64,000 nt of DNA from Bugula neritina (lineage: Eukaryota > Animalia > Bryozoa). Where the stretch lies: positions 21,699,504 to 21,763,503 of the forward strand of contig OZ037765.1 in the NCBI GenBank assembly GCA_964035545.1, in the 5' to 3' direction. Below the pieces are notes generated by a model, which was given only the letters and a program-made list of their open reading frames with translations, was not told the DNA's origin and did not search any database. Of the stretch, positions 27,179 to 39,904 are shown in pieces (positions within the stretch are counted from its first letter, which is position 1; the number at the start of each line of letters is the position of its first letter). Made by a program: the position numbers and the translations under genes.

Positions 27179-27743
27179 GTTTATTTGGCAGCTAACCCTT
27201 AACCACATTGGTGATTATTATAAAAATATTGCATACTAATAGTAACAATGAACTGGTAATAATAACGTAAAATGGCTTTTTGGAGGTTCAAGCACTGAAA
27301 ATTTGTACTTTTGTATTTCGTAAAAAATTACATTATATTAATCTGCTAGTCATTTGCCTAGTATCACTAAACAGTATTTTAGTGATAGTATTATGCCCAT
27401 TTGAAAATTGCTCATAATATTATATAAATTGTATTCAATTTTTAGTATATTGAGTTTTGTATTGAGCTGCATTAAAGAATATATAATAATATGTATTAGA
27501 AATCGATCATCATATTTTCTTGTACTTTATTTGTAAAGCAAATAAAAAATGATGCACATCATAATATGTAGAACAAAAGCTTCTATTAGATTTTTAGTGT
27601 CTTAAGAACATAAAACACGCATGAAAATTTTTGTTATTGAAATAAAAGTGTGATGGTCTAAATAAAAAGTCGACACTTATTCATTAGCTATGTGTTATAA
27701 TTATTAAATAGTATTCTACTCTGTGTACAATCCATCCACTCGA

Positions 27744-29249
27744 TTAGGGGTCATTGATTAGAATATCTCCACATTGGTAGTAAGTGCCCAGAGGCACAGG
27801 TATTGATGGGTTGTTTGTAACATATTTCACCTGTAAAATATATACATGTATTTAAAACAGCAGCTGTTTCAGGGTTGTAAATATAATATGTTGTGCATAA
27901 AACTTAAATTTTATTCGTTCATTATGTTTTAGCCATTTCTAAAAAAATGCTTTTAAATTTCATTTAGCTTTTAGTTTTCTCTTGTTTTATGTAAAGTAAA
28001 CTTGTTCATATAATATTATTGGTTAGAGAATTCTTCCTAATAGTCAGAATGTATTTTGTTGAATTAAATAGACTGGGTTAAGTTTATGCAGTAGTTCTGA
28101 TAAATTCAACAATCATTAGCTAAAGTTATGATTATAGGTGGGCAAAAGAAACTTTTGTAAGCCTGTTTTTATAGCCCTACATTTCCAAATGTTCATTATG
28201 TACCAGCAACTACTTTCTAAAGAAAAAGGCTGTTCCTTGCACTTGATAAAAGCTATATTCAGAACATTCCTATGTCTTCAAAGGAGCAAAACTGCTGGTA
28301 TACCTGAGTCAGCTTTGTAGCTTAAGCTGTATGCTTATTGCATTGAACATGATTTGATTTTTTTCAGCAATTTTTAAGGGTGGTGGTGGAAATTTAATTC
28401 CATGTTCTTGGCTTAAACAATGATTTAAAATAGTAAAGAATACTCATAGTATGGTTACCTGGATAACGTGTGTCAAAGAAGCACCCTCTAGTGGTACCAA
28501 GATTGGCACTTGAAAGATGGTGAAGTTTGGTGCACCTCGATCAGGGATACGGGCAGCTTCCACTAGAGAATTCATATCATCTCCAATACTGACCGCAAAG
28601 TATCCCTGAAAAAGTCAGATATATATATGAAGAATATCCATTATATTCTAATAAATTACCAAAGAATATAACTTAATAAAAATTCTATCAAAGACTTACA
28701 GGACAGAATACTTTTACAAAAGAATTTTGGTAACTTACTGGACTCTTTGGGTCTAAATGATTCACATTTTGCTGGAAGGTGACAGTGTAGTTAGTTCCAG
28801 ATCTAAATAACGAACAAAACAAATCAGTTTAATAGCAAAGCAATTATAATATAGGCATAGTAAATAAGTTTGAAATTCTAATATTGTCTTATCTCTGCAA
28901 TACTTGAAATACGTAAATACCTACATTAGTTTTAAGCTGGGTGGATCATCTGCTGGTCGCCCACCACATGGTCCAGTCCTAAGCATACAATCTTTTGCAC
29001 CTATAAATTTCAACAAATTGATTTAAAATTTTACAAAAGCGTATACAATTTGCTTCTTTAATAAAGAATGAACCGAAATGAGAGTACATTTTTTCTCAAG
29101 ATGTCTAACTATTTTCCAAAAAAGTATTCATTTTTAAATTTACCAAATTTGTTAATTCCTTCCATAGAGCCTCTCTGGTGAGGGTTGAGAAGGCAGATGT
29201 GACTGGAAACAGCTGCCACACAGGCAAGTAGAAGTGTCTGTCGCAGCAT
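27744..29249 (-). CDS. Secreted His-brace LPMO-like protein, paralog C (159 aa)
   Basis: Exons 29144-29249, 28925-29000, 28739-28802, 28459-28605, 27744-27830. Product: MLRQTLLLACVAAVSS|HICLLNPHQRGSMEGINKFGAKDCMLRTGPCGGRPADDPPSLKLISGTNYTVTFQQNVNHLDPKSPGYFAVSIGDDMNSLVEAARIPDRGAPNFTIFQVPILVPLEGASLTHVIQVKYVTNNPSIPVPLGTYYQCGDILINDP*. Confidence 0.85.
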
Positions 29250-29351
29250 GTTGAATGTCTTGCACCTCTGTCAGCAGACGCCCCTATACTGTAAGTAAAG
29301 CTTCACTTGTATAGAATAATATAACTGCACATGCCCAGTTAACATCTCTGA

Positions 29352-29359
29352 TCACGTGA
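29352..29359. promoter_or_regulatory. TCACGTGA (CLEAR/USF-type E-box) upstream of paralog C
   Basis: ATCACGTGAC ~100 bp upstream of the ATG at 29249. Confidence 0.35.
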
Positions 29360-30679
29360 CAACTCAGTGTTCCAGTGAATGACCTCTGCAGCAAGAATAA
29401 TGTTTACTGAGTAGACTACTAGCATAATGTGCTTAAATTACACTGAATTGTTTTGTAATATAGGTACTTCTTTAAACTTTAATTATAATGCTTTGAAATA
29501 CTGTGATATATCAAACTTTATTATGTCTAATACTAGTGCACATAATTATTTACTCTAGCTATAACATCAGCAGCATATATTGACATATTAATTCTAATGC
29601 TCTTTAATATGCTTTACCAAATTTTATTTTTAAATTTTTTTTTAAATAGATATGTTTTTTAACAGAGTTGACTGTATAAAGGCTTTCTGCTCATGACGCC
29701 AAATGGTCTCACCTTAAGTTGAGGACTTGATTTAATCTCACAAAATAAATGTAATAAATACTCGACAGTAAATTATATATTATCTGTTATATATTTTAAG
29801 ACTGGTCTATATATAGCTGGCTATTAGCATAAAAATGTACATGTGCCTATACATGTTACAAATTTACATGCACAGATGTACAAATGTATCTTAAACTTAG
29901 AACTGCTTACTGCAAGTAACTTGTCTTTAAAGCAGCGTTAAAGTACATTCGGCTTAAAAATTACAAATTCCTGTCGGTAAAAATAATCCAAATATAGACT
30001 TGTTTAAAGAAGAGACTGGGAGTCATATGTTATTCATGTAGTATGACTTCAAAGGCTGCTGGTACTTTTAGAGAACATTCCCTGCTGGTACATTAGAATA
30101 ACTCTAGTCATAGATACAATAAAGAACTAAATGTTTCTTAAGATTCAACCAGCAGAAAAGAAAGTAGAAGTCATGAGTTTATTTTAGAACATAGAGAATC
30201 AGGTGTTCACTTGTCGTCTGCATGTAAAGATTGGCCAATCAAACAGTAGGCAGTTAAAGTTGTTTTTCAAGTCATTACCACAAAGGCTTTTCTAAAGGCT
30301 CTGCTACCAACATAGGAGAAATTTTATTTAACTAAAAATTATTTAAGGGATAAAAAGTTGGAAAATAAATGCATGAGACTGACGCAGTGTTAGCACATAC
30401 AAAGAGTTTCAATTCCTTAAACATTACTTAATTAAAATAAATCAATGAGTTGAGCACATCTCCAACATAGTGTAAATGATGTTTAAGATGCTCAAATAGA
30501 AGATCTCAAGTTTATCTTTTTAAGATATATGTTATATAAAACACCGATGTATCTTGAATTCTGCATATGCCATGTGTATAAATAACTAAATTAATATTAA
30601 ATTGAAACCAATATTTTTTTTATCAGTTGTAATTTATTTCTAGTATATGCCACAATTAGCTTGCTAATGAAAATCAAAG

Positions 30680-33600
30680 GGGTCATTCCGTGTCAACTCA
30701 ACCAATGGCCCACGCCTTTGCGTCTCAGATTTTGTTCATATTTACACCAAATGAACCTACACATGTCTTGAGTGCTATTCTTAAATATTTCTGGCCTGAC
30801 ACAAAAACTTTTTGAGAAATGAATATTTCCACGAACAAAGGTTGGGAAAACTTTTGAGGAAAATTTGCGATTTTTACTTTTAGACCAATTTGTAAACGTC
30901 CATATCTCCATTATTTTTCTAGACTGAGACTTAAAATTTGGTGTGTGATTTGATAACACCTATAAATTTGCACTAGTAGTAACACACACTGCAGAATACT
31001 TTGTGTGCATATATGCTAAGCCATTGAATATTGGCAATTTTTTATGAATTTTGAAAAATTTCGAATATTTGCCACATCACAAAAGGCATTAATTTTTATT
31101 TTACTTTCATAAATTTTTATCCATAAATAGTTGATTATGGTTACTTTATACTCCTTAATTTGTGTAATTTTGAAAATAATATTTTCCGAGATATAGACAC
31201 CCAAAGTGAAGAAAATGTGAAAATTCGCCCAACTTCACAAGGATGTAACCCGATGTTTGAATACAGTAAAATCCTTCAAACAAGTATTTTCTGTAACGTC
31301 ATTTAGTGTATTTTGTAGATTCATAAATTTGGACTTCCTTATATTGTCCAAACTTGAAGTAAGTCGCACGGAAAAATGGTATGCGTACGAAAATCGGCAA
31401 AATGCAATTTTTCAATATAATATGTTGGGATCATACATTTTTATTATTCATATTGTTCAAAATATCAAGTAGATACATATATGTTTCCTATATATGTCAA
31501 ATCTACTGAAGATTACGATAAAATCTGATTTGTGTGTAATATCGTAAGAAAATTCTGCCGATCGGCATTGTATGATATTCTCATTAGGTTTCAGATAGCA
31601 ATTGTTATTTCTGTGAGTGAATGGTGTAAAACAGCTGAAATCTTGCTGGAATCAAGTACATTAAGTAGCTGAGGCAAGAGTAGCTTCAAAAAACATACCC
31701 AAATATAGCACCATGGCCCTGAACACAATAGGCCTAATTTATTCGATGACAGTGGTGTTTAATACATGCCGGAAATAATTGTGGCTTTTGAAACAGATGT
31801 GCCTAAATACAGCAAAATGGCCCTAACCTCGCCTTAATTTGGTCAGTACTGGTTAAAAAATCAAGTAATTGGCGTCATGCCATGTCCAATATGTTCATCA
31901 TCCTGAAAAAATTTACAACTCTCTTTTTCAAAACTGGAAGCAATGGTCTTCCAACTTTAGTATCTGGTTCAGACAGAACTCCTTTTGCAGTCTTCTGGTT
32001 TGCTGTGCAAGGTAATTGTTGGGTTTTTACATAAGCTGGAAAAGCTTTTTCCTAATACATGTCATCTCAGCTTGTTATGCTTTTCCATTTTCATTATAGC
32101 TAATACACAAAAGCGAACTAAGCGACTATAAAGACCCAGCAGTTTTTCTCTTATCCAGACTTGCATTTCACACTTGTACTGGCAACTTGTAACTCATGAG
32201 ATAACCTTTTTTTACGTTGCTATTTCTTCAGTCTGTTACTATAATAAATATTTATTTCTCTAACTTAAAACACAACGATAATTGTTTACTCCAAATTTTA
32301 TAGAGGTCTTATTAATGGTCCACCTTTCTGGTGCCAATGTCAATAACTGGACCTTCTTTTGTCCCAAAGAAACTTTCACCTTATTCAAGGAACATATTAA
32401 TATGTTCAAATCTTTATGATTAATAGGCTTTATACAGGCATTTGTTGATTCTGGGTGGAGTTCTTCTCCCTCTATACTTGCAACTGTGGACACCTTCTTA
32501 GCAATGACCTCCTCCACTTGATTCTGTTTTTTTCCCATAGTTCAATTTACTGGAAGGGCTAATTTTTAGGGCTCTCCTAGTATAATTCTACTCCTTTGAA
32601 CTGTAGAAACTGAGAGAAACTGTGCAATATTAATTGCTTTAAAAAAAGATGAGCTCTCAGAATACTCTCAGGAAACTAAAAGTGATGCATTTCTTGAAGT
32701 TGAGAAGGAGGTACAGACACTAAACACTGGAATGACAGAATTGGGAGCTTCTTCCTTGAAAGTTGCAAAAATTAGCTCATCCAGTAAAGTGAGCTATAGG
32801 AAAAGAAAACGAAATAAAGTGCAGGAGGTTATTACTGAAAAGGTAGAAACAGTCTTTGGCATAGATGAAGAAGAACTCCACCCAGAAGCAACAAATGTCT
32901 GTATGAAGCGTAGTATTCATAAAGATTTGAACAAATTGATGATCCTTGATCCTTGAATAAGGATGCGAAAGTTTTCTTGTGACTAGAGAGGGTCCAGTTA
33001 TTGACATTAGCACGAAAAGCTGGACCACCGATAGAACAGCCATAGAATCTGGAGCAAACAATTACCTGGCCCAGCAAGCCAGAAAACTGCAAAGGGAATT
33101 CTGTTTGAACCAGATGGTAAAGTTGGAAGACCATTCTCTCCACATTTAAAAGAAAAAGTTGTAGATTTTTTTAGGATGATGAATTATTCTTAGCCTGGGC
33201 AAATTACTAACCTGATGAGGGTGCGGACCAATCTGCTATATTTAGGCACATCTGTTTCAAAAGCCACAATTATTTCCGGCATGTACTAAACACCACTGTC
33301 ATCGAATAAATTAGGCCTATTGTGTTTAGGGCCATGGTGCTATATTTGGGTATGTTTTTTGAAGCTACTCTTGCCTCAGCTACTTAATGTACTTGATTCC
33401 AGCAAGATTTCAGCTGTTTCACACCATTCACTCACAGAAATAACAATTGCTATCTGAAACCTAATGAGAATATCATACAATGCCGATCGGCAGAATTTTC
33501 TTACGATATTACACACAAATCAGATTTTATCGTAATCTTCAGTAGATTTGACATATATAGAAAACATATATGTATCTACTTGATATTTTGAACAATATGA

Positions 33601-34377
33601 ATAATAAAAATGTATGATCCCAACATATTATATTGAAAAATTGCATTTTGCCGATTTTCGTACGCATACCATTTTTCCGTGCGACTTACTTCAAGTTTGG
33701 ACAATATAAGGAAGTCCAAATTTATGAATCTACAAAATACACTAAATGACGTTACAGAAAATACTTGTTTGAAGGATTTTACTGTATTCAAACATCGGGT
33801 TACATCCTTGTGAAGTTGGGCGAATTTTCACATTTTCTTCACTTTGGGTGTCTATATCTCGGAAAATATTATTTTCAAAATTACACAAATTAAGGAGTAT
33901 AAAGTAACCATAATCAACTATTTATGGATAAAAATTTATGGAAGTAAAATAAAAATTAATGCCTTTTGTGATGTGGCAAATATTCGAAATTTTACAAAAT
34001 TCATAAAAAATTGCCAATATTCAATGGCTTAGCATATATGCACACAAAGTATTCTGTAGTATGTGTTACTACTAGTGCAAATTTATAGGTGTTATCAAAT
34101 CACACACCAAATTTTAAGTCTCAGTCTAGAAAAATAATGGAGATATGGACGTTTACAAATTGGTCTAAAAGTAAAAATCGCAAATTTTCCTCAAAAGTTT
34201 TCCCAACCTTTGTTCGTGGAAATATTCATTTCTCAAAAAGTTTTTGTGTCAGGCCAGAAATATTTAAGAATAGCACCTAAGACATGTGTAGGTCCATTTG
34301 GTGTAAATATGAACAAAATCTGAGACGCAAAGGCGTGGGACTTTCTGAAATTTGGTTGATTTGACACGGAATGACCC
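30680..34377. mobile_element. Non-autonomous Sola2-like DNA transposon with ~1.14-kb terminal inverted repeats
   Basis: Termini GGGTCATTCCGTGTCAA...TTGACACGGAATGACCC; 4-bp TSD AAAG (30676-30679 and 34378-34381). Near-identical TIRs ~30680-31820 and ~33228-34377, mirrored in the ORF track. Internal decayed transposase fragments (KVQLLTLAPERWTI; EPD..VGRPL..V.FF.DDE). GRG termini, 4-bp TSD and long TIRs are Sola2 traits. Confidence 0.8.
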
Positions 34378-34441
34378 AAAGGCCTGTGGTTGTTGTGTTC
34401 TATTAATGCACCCTGTAAGCCTATACTGTGTATACCTACTC

Positions 34442-34633
<192 letters not shown>

Positions 34634-35691
34634 ATTTGAAATCTCTTTAAATGCAAACAGCGTTGTTGTGTTGATGGTATAATTGAAAGCATATACTCCA
34701 TGTTCTCCTTATATCTTATAAGCTAATGAAATATTATCATTAAACTATAAAATGAGATGATGCTGGAATTAGTAATACAATAACTTTTTTTGCTTCTAGC
34801 GTCTTTTATTTATTTATATGGCTATATGCAAATAATTTGATAAGAATCTAGCACATTATTAGGAGCAAAAGTTCTAAACATGTATAATCATACCTAGTTT
34901 ATACATTTATTGATTGGCTAAAATTCATATTTATTCAATGTTATTTTATGTTAGGCGCTCAATATATTTACTTATTACAATAAGACCTGCAGCATTTTGC
35001 TACTTTTATATGTCCCACAAAGTTTCTTCAGATTGTTTGAGTTTCCATCTCAAAAGCAATTAACAATTGAGTTACATACATTGACGCATTTAATTGTTCT
35101 TGAAACCTAATTAATATAATAATTAATAATAAATTGTGAATAAGAATATTTTTATAAATGAGATATATATATAGTGCCGGTGAGAAGAATGTAGTATTTA
35201 TTCAGGCAGTTGTTCAATGGCTTCTATCAATTAAGGTACTAACTGTCTATCTTGCACAAAATATTGAAACTTATATTTTATCATTTCTACAACCTATTAA
35301 TATATTAATTTTAAATGGTTTCTGATGTGTTTCCACATTAATTCCTAATTTTGTAACTACATGTGATGCTACAAGCATCATGACCTATATTACCTATCGA
35401 GTTAATTTATTTTACATCTTGCAAATATTTCATTCAACATCTGCTATTCTAGTAAGAATTGTTGCTTTTGCACTATAACCTCTTTTTCTGTACTAACTAT
35501 TATGCATGTCAGTTTTAAATGTCATTATTCTGTTGATTTATGGCTAAATGTGCATTTTAGTTAACCTTGGGAAGTTACATGTGCTGTTTAAATTAATATC
35601 TGCCAATTTAAATATTAGAATTATGAAAGTAGGTTTAGTTTTGAGTAGCTTTTATATGGCATAAATCTGTTTAGTAGTTGGTATTGGAGTA

Positions 35692-35775
35692 GTGGTGTTG
35701 GGTGTAGTGGTTAGCATGCTGGCTTAAGCAAGCCAGGGGTCAATGGTTCAAGTCCCAATGGAGGCAGAAGCTTTT
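35692..35775 (+). mobile_element. Degenerate tRNA-like SINE head
   Basis: GGTGTAGTGGTTAGCATGCTGGCTTAAGCAAGCCAGGGGTCAATGGTTCAAGTCCC contains A/B-box-like motifs and an anticodon-like stem, but the acceptor stem does not pair. Confidence 0.5.
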
Positions 35776-35998
35776 ACAAGTGTGAATATAGTTTATTAAA
35801 TATGTGGTGTACATCACATCTATTTATAGAATTCTAGTAAATCACTGCACATTGTTGTCAGTGTTATTTATAATAAAGTTTAATAAAAAGCAGATGAAAT
35901 TATTTTGTTATAATAATAAAAGTTGTCCAATGCAATAATCTAAAAATCTTTATATTATTTGTATTTCATATATATGAAGAGATTGGGAAAGCTCATAG

Positions 35999-37913
35999 TT
36001 ACTCTTGATCTATGTCTATATCAGCACACTGGTAGTAGTTGAATCCTAGATTAGTTATATAAGCAACCTGTGAAATAAAATAAAACAGCATAAGTCATAG
36101 AAAGTGTTAATGCAGTTCTTTTAAAAACGTATAACATTAAATATTATTGAAAAAAAAAATCTCATTTCTCAACCCAACCATAATTATACTAAGATGTGTG
36201 CTATGTTCCTAACATATTTTCAAAAGATTTTATCAGAGCGGTTGAATATTCTATGAGGCCAAACAACTTAGATGGGGAACATTTTGCATTTGAAAAAATT
36301 GTAATATATGTTACTGACAACATTCAAATTGTATCGTGTACATGTGTATCTTTAGGTTTCAGGTCATAAAACGGTATAACTGTACGTGTTTTGTAGAAAC
36401 AGTGTTGACTCAGAGTTATGGCTGCTTAATGACAAAAATGCAGGTAGTGTACGCTTAACCTGCTGGCAGATAAGTTGAGCAAAGTTCTTTTTCATCTCCA
36501 AGCTATGGGGCTTTAATATTGTATGAATAGAAATAAGTCGAAATATTAAGTGCTTTGTTTTAACTTATTTGGTAAGCATTTTAATACTGCTAAACATTTT
36601 TAAGCATTAGATGAGCTGAGACTTTTCTCATGTTTTTATTACTTTTTATTATTTTGGCGTAATGGTCTGCGGTTCAAATTCCAGTTGGGGCAAAAATATT
36701 TTACCGAATTATTCCAAAGTACATCATATTATATTATTATATTATATTATTATTATATAAACTATGCCAACTTAAATTACTACTCTTTAAACTATAGTTA
36801 GTTTGAAGTTTCTTGAAAGTTGATAATTATGTAGAAAGTTTTGCCAATAAATTTACTTTACAAAACTCAACCTAAAGGCTATGAAGTTGAATATTAATAT
36901 ACTTTAACCATAAAGTTTACCTGAACCACGTGTCGAGGAGTAAGACCAGGGGCTGGTATAGTAACATCTGCCAATATCAGCTCCATATCAGGTTTTCCAG
37001 TGTCAGGAATACGCAAGACCTCTTCCAGGTCAGCATCCGTCAAACCAAAGGCGACTGAGAAATACCCCTAAAAATTTGGTTAAATCTGAATAATTGGAAA
37101 AATATATAATGTGTACATGGTAATATAATTTATATGTGTACTTATATATATATATATATAATACGCCATTATGTTATGCTATATTATAATATAATACAAT
37201 ATATAAATTATACATTATATTATATAGTAAATATGTACTTACTGGGTTTAAGGGGTTCAAAAAGTTTTTGTTTTGTCGGAAGATTACTGTGAAATTTGCT
37301 CCATTTCTAAAAAAGATACAAAATATTGCATTTTTAAACAATAGGTAACTCAAGCTGTATTTTTTATATACTTATGATAAGTTCTAAACTTTGATTTCTA
37401 TAAGCTATCCAGGACAGCGTAGTTTTATTTTTCTAGTGCAAGAAATACTTTTCAACATACAGTGTTGTGACTTGAGGTGTTTCTGTTAGTCGTCCACCAC
37501 ATGGTGCTGTTTGTAGCATACAATCAGGAGAATCTACAAATATCAAAATATAATCGCATTTAGCTGCAGTTATTATTTTTTCATGAAATTATATAGATAA
37601 AAAAAGAACTTTCTTTCAGTTGAAAATTAAGATATTTATTCTCACAACTTGTTTTCTATCACATAGATCATGCTGTTTTCTAAGAATTACCAAAAAGATT
37701 ACTAAAAAGAAACTAAGTTTTTACAATAGTAGTATATAATTGAAAAATTTACACTTTACCAACAAATTTTTTTACTAGATCTATAACAGACTGATAATTC
37801 TTACCTTTGAAATTAATGCCTCGAATGGATCCCCCTCTGGGATGTGGTGTAATCAAGCAGATGTGAGAAAACACACTCACCACACAAGACAGTAAGGCAA
37901 TGTATCGCAGCAT
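35999..37913 (-). CDS. Secreted LPMO-like protein, paralog D (153 aa; second His replaced by Phe)
   Basis: Exons 37805-37913, 37461-37533, 37243-37306, 36921-37067, 35999-36067. Product: MLRYIALLSCVVSVFS|HICLITPHPRGGSIRGINFKDSPDCMLQTAPCGGRLTETPQVTTLNGANFTVIFRQNKNFLNPLNPGYFSVAFGLTDADLEEVLRIPDTGKPDMELILADVTIPAPGLTPRHVVQVAYITNLGFNYYQCADIDIDQE*. Confidence 0.85.
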
Positions 37914-38371
37914 TGTAGCTCTCAGATATGGCACACAACTAGAGACAAGGAGCTGGGACTGGTGGATACTGACTGTAATGTCTAAGCTAGACATTAGTTT
38001 ACATTCTCTCAACTCCACAGACATGCTTTCTTATTCGCCTGATTTGCTCTTTGACCTACATTTAAGGACCTATAGTAACATGGCATAGCAGTAGATGGAG
38101 ACCATCTTTTGAACACTATAAGCTTTATGCGTAAATTGCAAGATTTGCTGCCCACTTCGGCTTTGGTTATTTGGCATTGAGTCTAGCCAATGAAATTATG
38201 GTCATGTTCAAATATATAAAAGCATTATTTAAACTAGTTACATAGAAAGAAAATTCAAGATATTTGTAAATTGTTTTTAAGGATCTTTTTTCACTAATTG
38301 TTACATAAATCACATGTACCTCACTTGAGAATTTTTTATTTACAAACATTTTCTTTTGAAAAGTTTTGTTG

Positions 38372-38686
38372 CATTACAATTATGTTACAATTACATTACA
38401 ATTACATTCCAATTACATTACAATTACAAATTACAATTACTTTACAATTACAAATTACAATTACATTCCAATTACATTACAATTACAAATTACAATTACA
38501 TTCCAATTACATTACAATTACAAATTACAATTACTTTACAATTACATTACAATTACATTACAATTACAAATTACAATTACTTTACAATTACTTTACAATT
38601 ACAAAATACAATTACATTCCAATTACATTACAATTACAAATTACAATTACTTTACAATTACATTACAATTACATAACAATTACATA
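38372..38686. repeat. Compound (ATTAC/ATTACA/ATTACAA)n simple-sequence array
   Basis: Direct reading; explains three overlapping low-complexity ORFs. Confidence 0.95.
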
Positions 38687-38980
38687 ATGGTAGTTTGGTT
38701 ACTAAAACTACCTTATTGTAAGCATAGCTTAAATAATGTCCCACATAATTTTATGACAGCATTAGAATGTTAACAGCATAAACTTTTGCAAGTTTTGGAT
38801 TTATTTCTTTAAAATATTGATATTTACTTTAATAAATTTTTGTATGATTATTGTTCTAGTCGAAGTTTTTAGTAAGATTCTGCATTCTGCAATGAAAAAT
38901 ATTGATGCTACGAAAATGCTAATATTATGAATACCAGCATAGGTTATTATATTATACATCTAACTTGTTGCTTGTATAAA

Positions 38981-39122
38981 TGGTGTCCGGTAATAATGGC
39001 ACAAATGGAAAGTAGGTAAAAATGGCACATTTTCAATATTAGGGTTTGGGGTGGGGTTTGGAGTTTGGGAAAATTTAGCATCACTGTGCCATTATTGTCT
39101 GTGCCATTTTTACCTAAAATCT
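38981..39122. mobile_element. Short non-autonomous element with subterminal inverted repeats (MITE/Helentron-associated-like)
   Basis: Perfect 17-bp inverted pair TAGGTAAAAATGGCACA (39013-39029) / TGTGCCATTTTTACCTA (39100-39116), a second AATAATGGCACA/TGTGCCATTATT pair, and a G-rich TTAGGGTTTGGGGTGGGG core. Confidence 0.5.
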
Positions 39123-39822
39123 CTATAAATATATGCAAAACTATACATACAGCCTTTATATTAAAAGAAAAATTTATTTGTCTATTCTACAAATGTGTAA
39201 ATTTTTCTAATAGTTTTCGAACATGTTTATGCATAAGTTATCTTACTACATGAATATATAAGTATGCTGGTTATAAAAACTTGCAAATTAAGATTATAAA
39301 TACTATAGGCACCATTTAGAATTGTCACATCTGCGCATGCATCACTTTACTAATAGGAATGAAAAGTTGCCAACTTTTGTCCATGCAAGTATTTTATAGG
39401 TCTGTCCAAGTTGGACCATTTCTGTGTGAAACATAATCGTTTTCGGTTGACACCACATTTGAAACAGATAAAATTGTAAATGCAGTAATGTTTTGCAAGT
39501 TAATATAACATAACGCTTGATAAATTATCTCTGAAAGAATATTGCACTTTTTAATATTGGTTATTATCTTCAAACACTGAGTGTATGAATAAATCACATA
39601 CTGCATGCTTTATTACTAAAATAATAGATTATAATGTCTTATTTTTAGTTATTATTATGCTTTGTATTAAAAAATTAGACCACTTTTAGGCTTATAAGAA
39701 TTGTCTTATTATACAAATAAATGATATTCAAAGTTTGTTAAACATTTTCATTTATATTAAGCAGGTTGAAACAAAAAAGTAACTGCTAAGCATGCAGACA
39801 TTTATTTCAACAGCATAATTGT

Positions 39823-39891
39823 CAGATGTGAGTGGTGTGACACAGAAGTGAGTGATGTGACACAGATGTGAATAGTGTGGCACTTATGTGA
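39823..39891. repeat. ~20-bp tandem repeat (CAGATGTGAGTGGTGTGACA-like, ~3.5 copies) in the 3' UTR of paralog E
   Basis: Direct reading, just beyond the stop codon at 39905. Confidence 0.7.
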
Positions 39892-39904
39892 CCTTCAGTA
39901 GCTT

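Noticed and set aside
30693-34280. Mirror-image ORF pairs (MLSNHTPN..., MGVYISEN..., MNTVKSFK...) as duplicated genes
   Set aside because: By-products of the transposon's long TIRs; no coding hallmarks.
38298-38773. Three overlapping ITITLQL/NYNY ORFs, superficially like a repeat protein or CRISPR-like array
   Set aside because: Simple ATTAC-based repeat open in all frames; no unique spacers and no cas genes.
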